Shown here: in pieces, positions 62,199 to 64,000 of the stretch
Layout: every line of letters starts with the position of its first letter
Position numbering within the stretch: position 1 is the first letter of the stretch
NCBI GenBank assembly: GCA_036269115.1
Contig: DATAST010000208.1
Span: forward strand, 2,431-66,430
DNA: 64,000 nt
Reading direction: 5' to 3'
Origin: Verrucomicrobiia bacterium
GTDB lineage: Bacteria > Verrucomicrobiota > Verrucomicrobiia > Limisphaerales > UBA11358
Position numbers and translations under genes: made by a program
Notes under the pieces: model-generated
Seen by the model: the letters and a program-made list of their open reading frames with translations, nothing else
What the model was told of the DNA's origin: nothing
The model's database searches: none

Positions 62199-63479
62199 TT
62201 AGTGGTTTGGACCGCTGACAAGCCGATAAAAGCCGGCGCGATTCGTCGGCGATATTGGGATTTGCTCCTGCAGGTTCGCCGGGTTCAAGGCGGGTGTATT
62301 CGTCATGGAAGTCCATCTGATTAAATCAGCGCTTTGTTCAGGCACGAAATCGGTTGAAGAGATGAGCCATGAGAGGAGAGACTCGCTGCCAACTGGCGCG
62401 ACGTTTAACAAAGGCCGTTGAATCGACTGAGATTTGTATACTGCGCCGCTATTTCCGTCCAGATTTGTATCTGATGCGGCAACAGCGAACAATGCGCCGC
62501 CGTCCGCCGAGCAGGCCGCGCCGGCCCAATTCTCGCTCGTGTTTGTGGTCCATGACGCGCCGGAATTCGTCGAGATAAATAATGGGCCCGGCGTCGATGC
62601 AATTGCGACCTCTGCGCCTGATGCCGCCATTAGGGTTTGGCCGTCGGCCGAAGACGCAACATACGTCCAGTAACTCCCGGGAAGGGAAGCCAAACTCCAG
62701 GTATTTCCCGAATTGGTTGAGAAATAGATCAGGTTAAAATTGTCGATTGGCGCCACAGAATATATCAACTTGTTCCCATCCGCTGACGAAGCGATATATT
62801 GTGCCGGGCTGATAAAGGAATAACTTGGCGGCGCGCTGGTCATCTGCATCCATGACGTCCCAAAATTCGTGGAGCAACAAAGTTGAATGGGCCCGGTGAC
62901 AAATATTTTTCGGCCATCAGCGGACATCGCCACGCTGACCGCGGGTGTGGTACTGCTGCCAGTAGCCGTTTCCATATTATTTGAATACCAGCTGGCCCCT
63001 GAATTGGTTGAACAAAAAATAGCGCCGCTTGGAGGAAATCCGCCTGGTCCAAACGGCGCTCCGGCAACCATTGTGCTGCCATCGGCTGACATGGCCACTG
63101 GACCCCAGTAAAAAATTGGCAAATTGTTCGAAATCCAGCTCGCCCCGGAATTGGTCGACAGGAAAATCCCACTGATATGAGAGCTGTCAACGGAACCCGT
63201 CGCTGCCAATAGCTTCGTTCCGTCAGCCGAGGACGCCACGGAATTCCAATATCCATTCGTCAGGACGTTTGTCCACGTCAATCCGCCATTCGTCGAAACG
63301 GCAACGTCGCCCGGCCACTGATCGGCTATCAAGATTTGGCCATTGGCAGATGAAGCAATCGATAACCAATCATTGGTGCCGGAGCCAGTCAATTGCCAAC
63401 TCTGCGAATTGGCGATTTGCGCGAGTACGCACGCCATAGCGGTCGCAAATAATGTTTTTTTCATAGGGTACATTTCCAC
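62199..63479 (-). CDS. Secreted BNR/Asp-box repeat beta-propeller protein
   Basis: Signal peptide. There are six S-T-N-x-G-x-(S/T)-W Asp-box units (STNGGLTW, STNSGASW three times, STNFGTSW, STNSGNTW), each alternating with an SADG motif. The C-terminus is FYRL. Confidence 0.75.
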   Translation of the reverse strand: MEMYPMKKTLFATAMACVLAQIANSQSWQLTGSGTNDWLSIASSANGQILIADQWPGDVAVSTNGGLTWTNVLTNGYWNSVASSADGTKLLAATGSVDSSHISGIFLSTNSGASWISNNLPIFYWGPVAMSADGSTMVAGAPFGPGGFPPSGAIFCSTNSGASWYSNNMETATGSSTTPAVSVAMSADGRKIFVTGPIQLCCSTNFGTSWMQMTSAPPSYSFISPAQYIASSADGNKLIYSVAPIDNFNLIYFSTNSGNTWSLASLPGSYWTYVASSADGQTLMAASGAEVAIASTPGPLFISTNSGASWTTNTSENWAGAACSADGGALFAVAASDTNLDGNSGAVYKSQSIQRPLLNVAPVGSESLLSWLISSTDFVPEQSADLIRWTSMTNTPALNPANLQEQIPISPTNRAGFYRLVSGPNH

Positions 63480-63586
63480 TTCAACCTCGAAAACACCTGT
63501 TAAAATTTAGGAAATGCAAGCAATTATTGAGCCACTCCACTTTGAGAGGGCGAAACTGTCCGTTGAAGACCCCAAAAGTGCCGCCA

Positions 63587-64000
63587 CTACGGCGCTGGAA
63601 CAGGCCAGCCGTCCTTGGTCCACGCCAGTTTGCCCAGGGCCAAACGGGACCGGCCGTGGCTCGCGGCGTCATAGTAATGGTAGCTGAACCAAATCGTGTC
63701 GCCCTCCTTCAGAATCCCGATGTGCCCCGGGCCGATAAATCGGCCGGTAGACAACAGAAATTTTGAGCCGTCACCGTCCTCAAGGTCCTCGCCGCGCCGG
63801 TCCAGGTACGGCCCGGTGACTTTTGTGGCGCGGCCCATTCGGACTTCGTAGGTGCTGTTGGTGCCTTTGCAGCATTGGCCCCAGTTCACAAAAAGGTAAT
63901 AATAGTTTTCGTGGCGCGTCAGGCACGATGCCTCGATGGAATAATTCCACGCGACCGGATAAGCAGCCTGGCCGGGGTCGCGCAAACCGGTGTGCGCGTT
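63587..64000 (-). CDS. GH43-family glycoside hydrolase (arabinanase-like), C-terminal part; N-terminus is beyond the right window edge
   Basis: The C-terminal region reads YYYLFVNWGQCCKG ... YEVRMGRATKVTGPYLD ... GPGHIGIL ... LAWTKDGWP. The frame stays open from 63985 to 64000, and the track start there is a TTG. Confidence 0.7.
   Translation of the reverse strand, partial: NAHTGLRDPGQAAYPVAWNYSIEASCLTRHENYYYLFVNWGQCCKGTNSTYEVRMGRATKVTGPYLDRRGEDLEDGDGSKFLLSTGRFIGPGHIGILKEGDTIWFSYHYYDAASHGRSRLALGKLAWTKDGWPVPAP

Overview
This 64-kb window looks like a Verrucomicrobia/PVC-type chromosome segment. The taxonomic guess rests on a prepilin-type H-X9-DG protein, a PEP-CTERM-like tail, a GloVer-repeat fragment, BNR/SADG repeat proteins and several families of hairpin-type dispersed repeats. 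No database search was possible.

Layout:
1. 1-29.4 kb: one long minus-strand polysaccharide (EPS/O-antigen-like) operon of about 28.7 kb. It is led by a NusG/RfaH-like gene and has an orphan LuxR-type response regulator upstream. It encodes a priming sugar transferase, a WbpB/WbpD-like pair, two FemAB/CelD-like GNAT proteins, a Wzz/BY-kinase-like protein, a deacetylase-like::nucleotide-sugar dehydrogenase fusion, a Wzy/O-antigen-ligase-like protein, GT2/GT4/GT9 transferases, two AsnB-type amidotransferases, a PEP-CTERM-like secreted protein and an FkbM methyltransferase.
2. 31-45.5 kb: housekeeping genes, namely MarR, livHMGF, two tandem GT-C (ArnT/PMT-like) paralogs, thrS, a GH43-like gene and a pseudopilin-like gene.
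3. 45.5-51.2 kb: a repeat-bounded accessory islet. It holds hipBA, a HEPN-motif protein, an orphan two-gene cassette and gene fragments.
4. 51.2-64 kb: a beta-propeller plus S55-peptidase pair, a CPBP-TPR gene flanked by 141-bp direct repeats, hisD and hisC split by a MazF-type TA pair, a deacetylase, a BNR protein and a partial GH43.

Best candidates for something new:
- A tRNA-Thr(UGU)-like gene with a defective D/T elbow, embedded in the EPS operon directly next to a FemAB-like gene. It may be a dedicated non-ribosomal aminoacyl donor.
- A translationally coupled pair in the islet: a small protein ending in Gly-Gly followed by a Cys/His-cluster protein.
- Dispersed repeat elements that have been absorbed in-frame into hisC and into a GT-C paralog.

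All product calls come from motif recognition by eye. Start codons are provisional, and the ORF track renders GTG/TTG starts as M.
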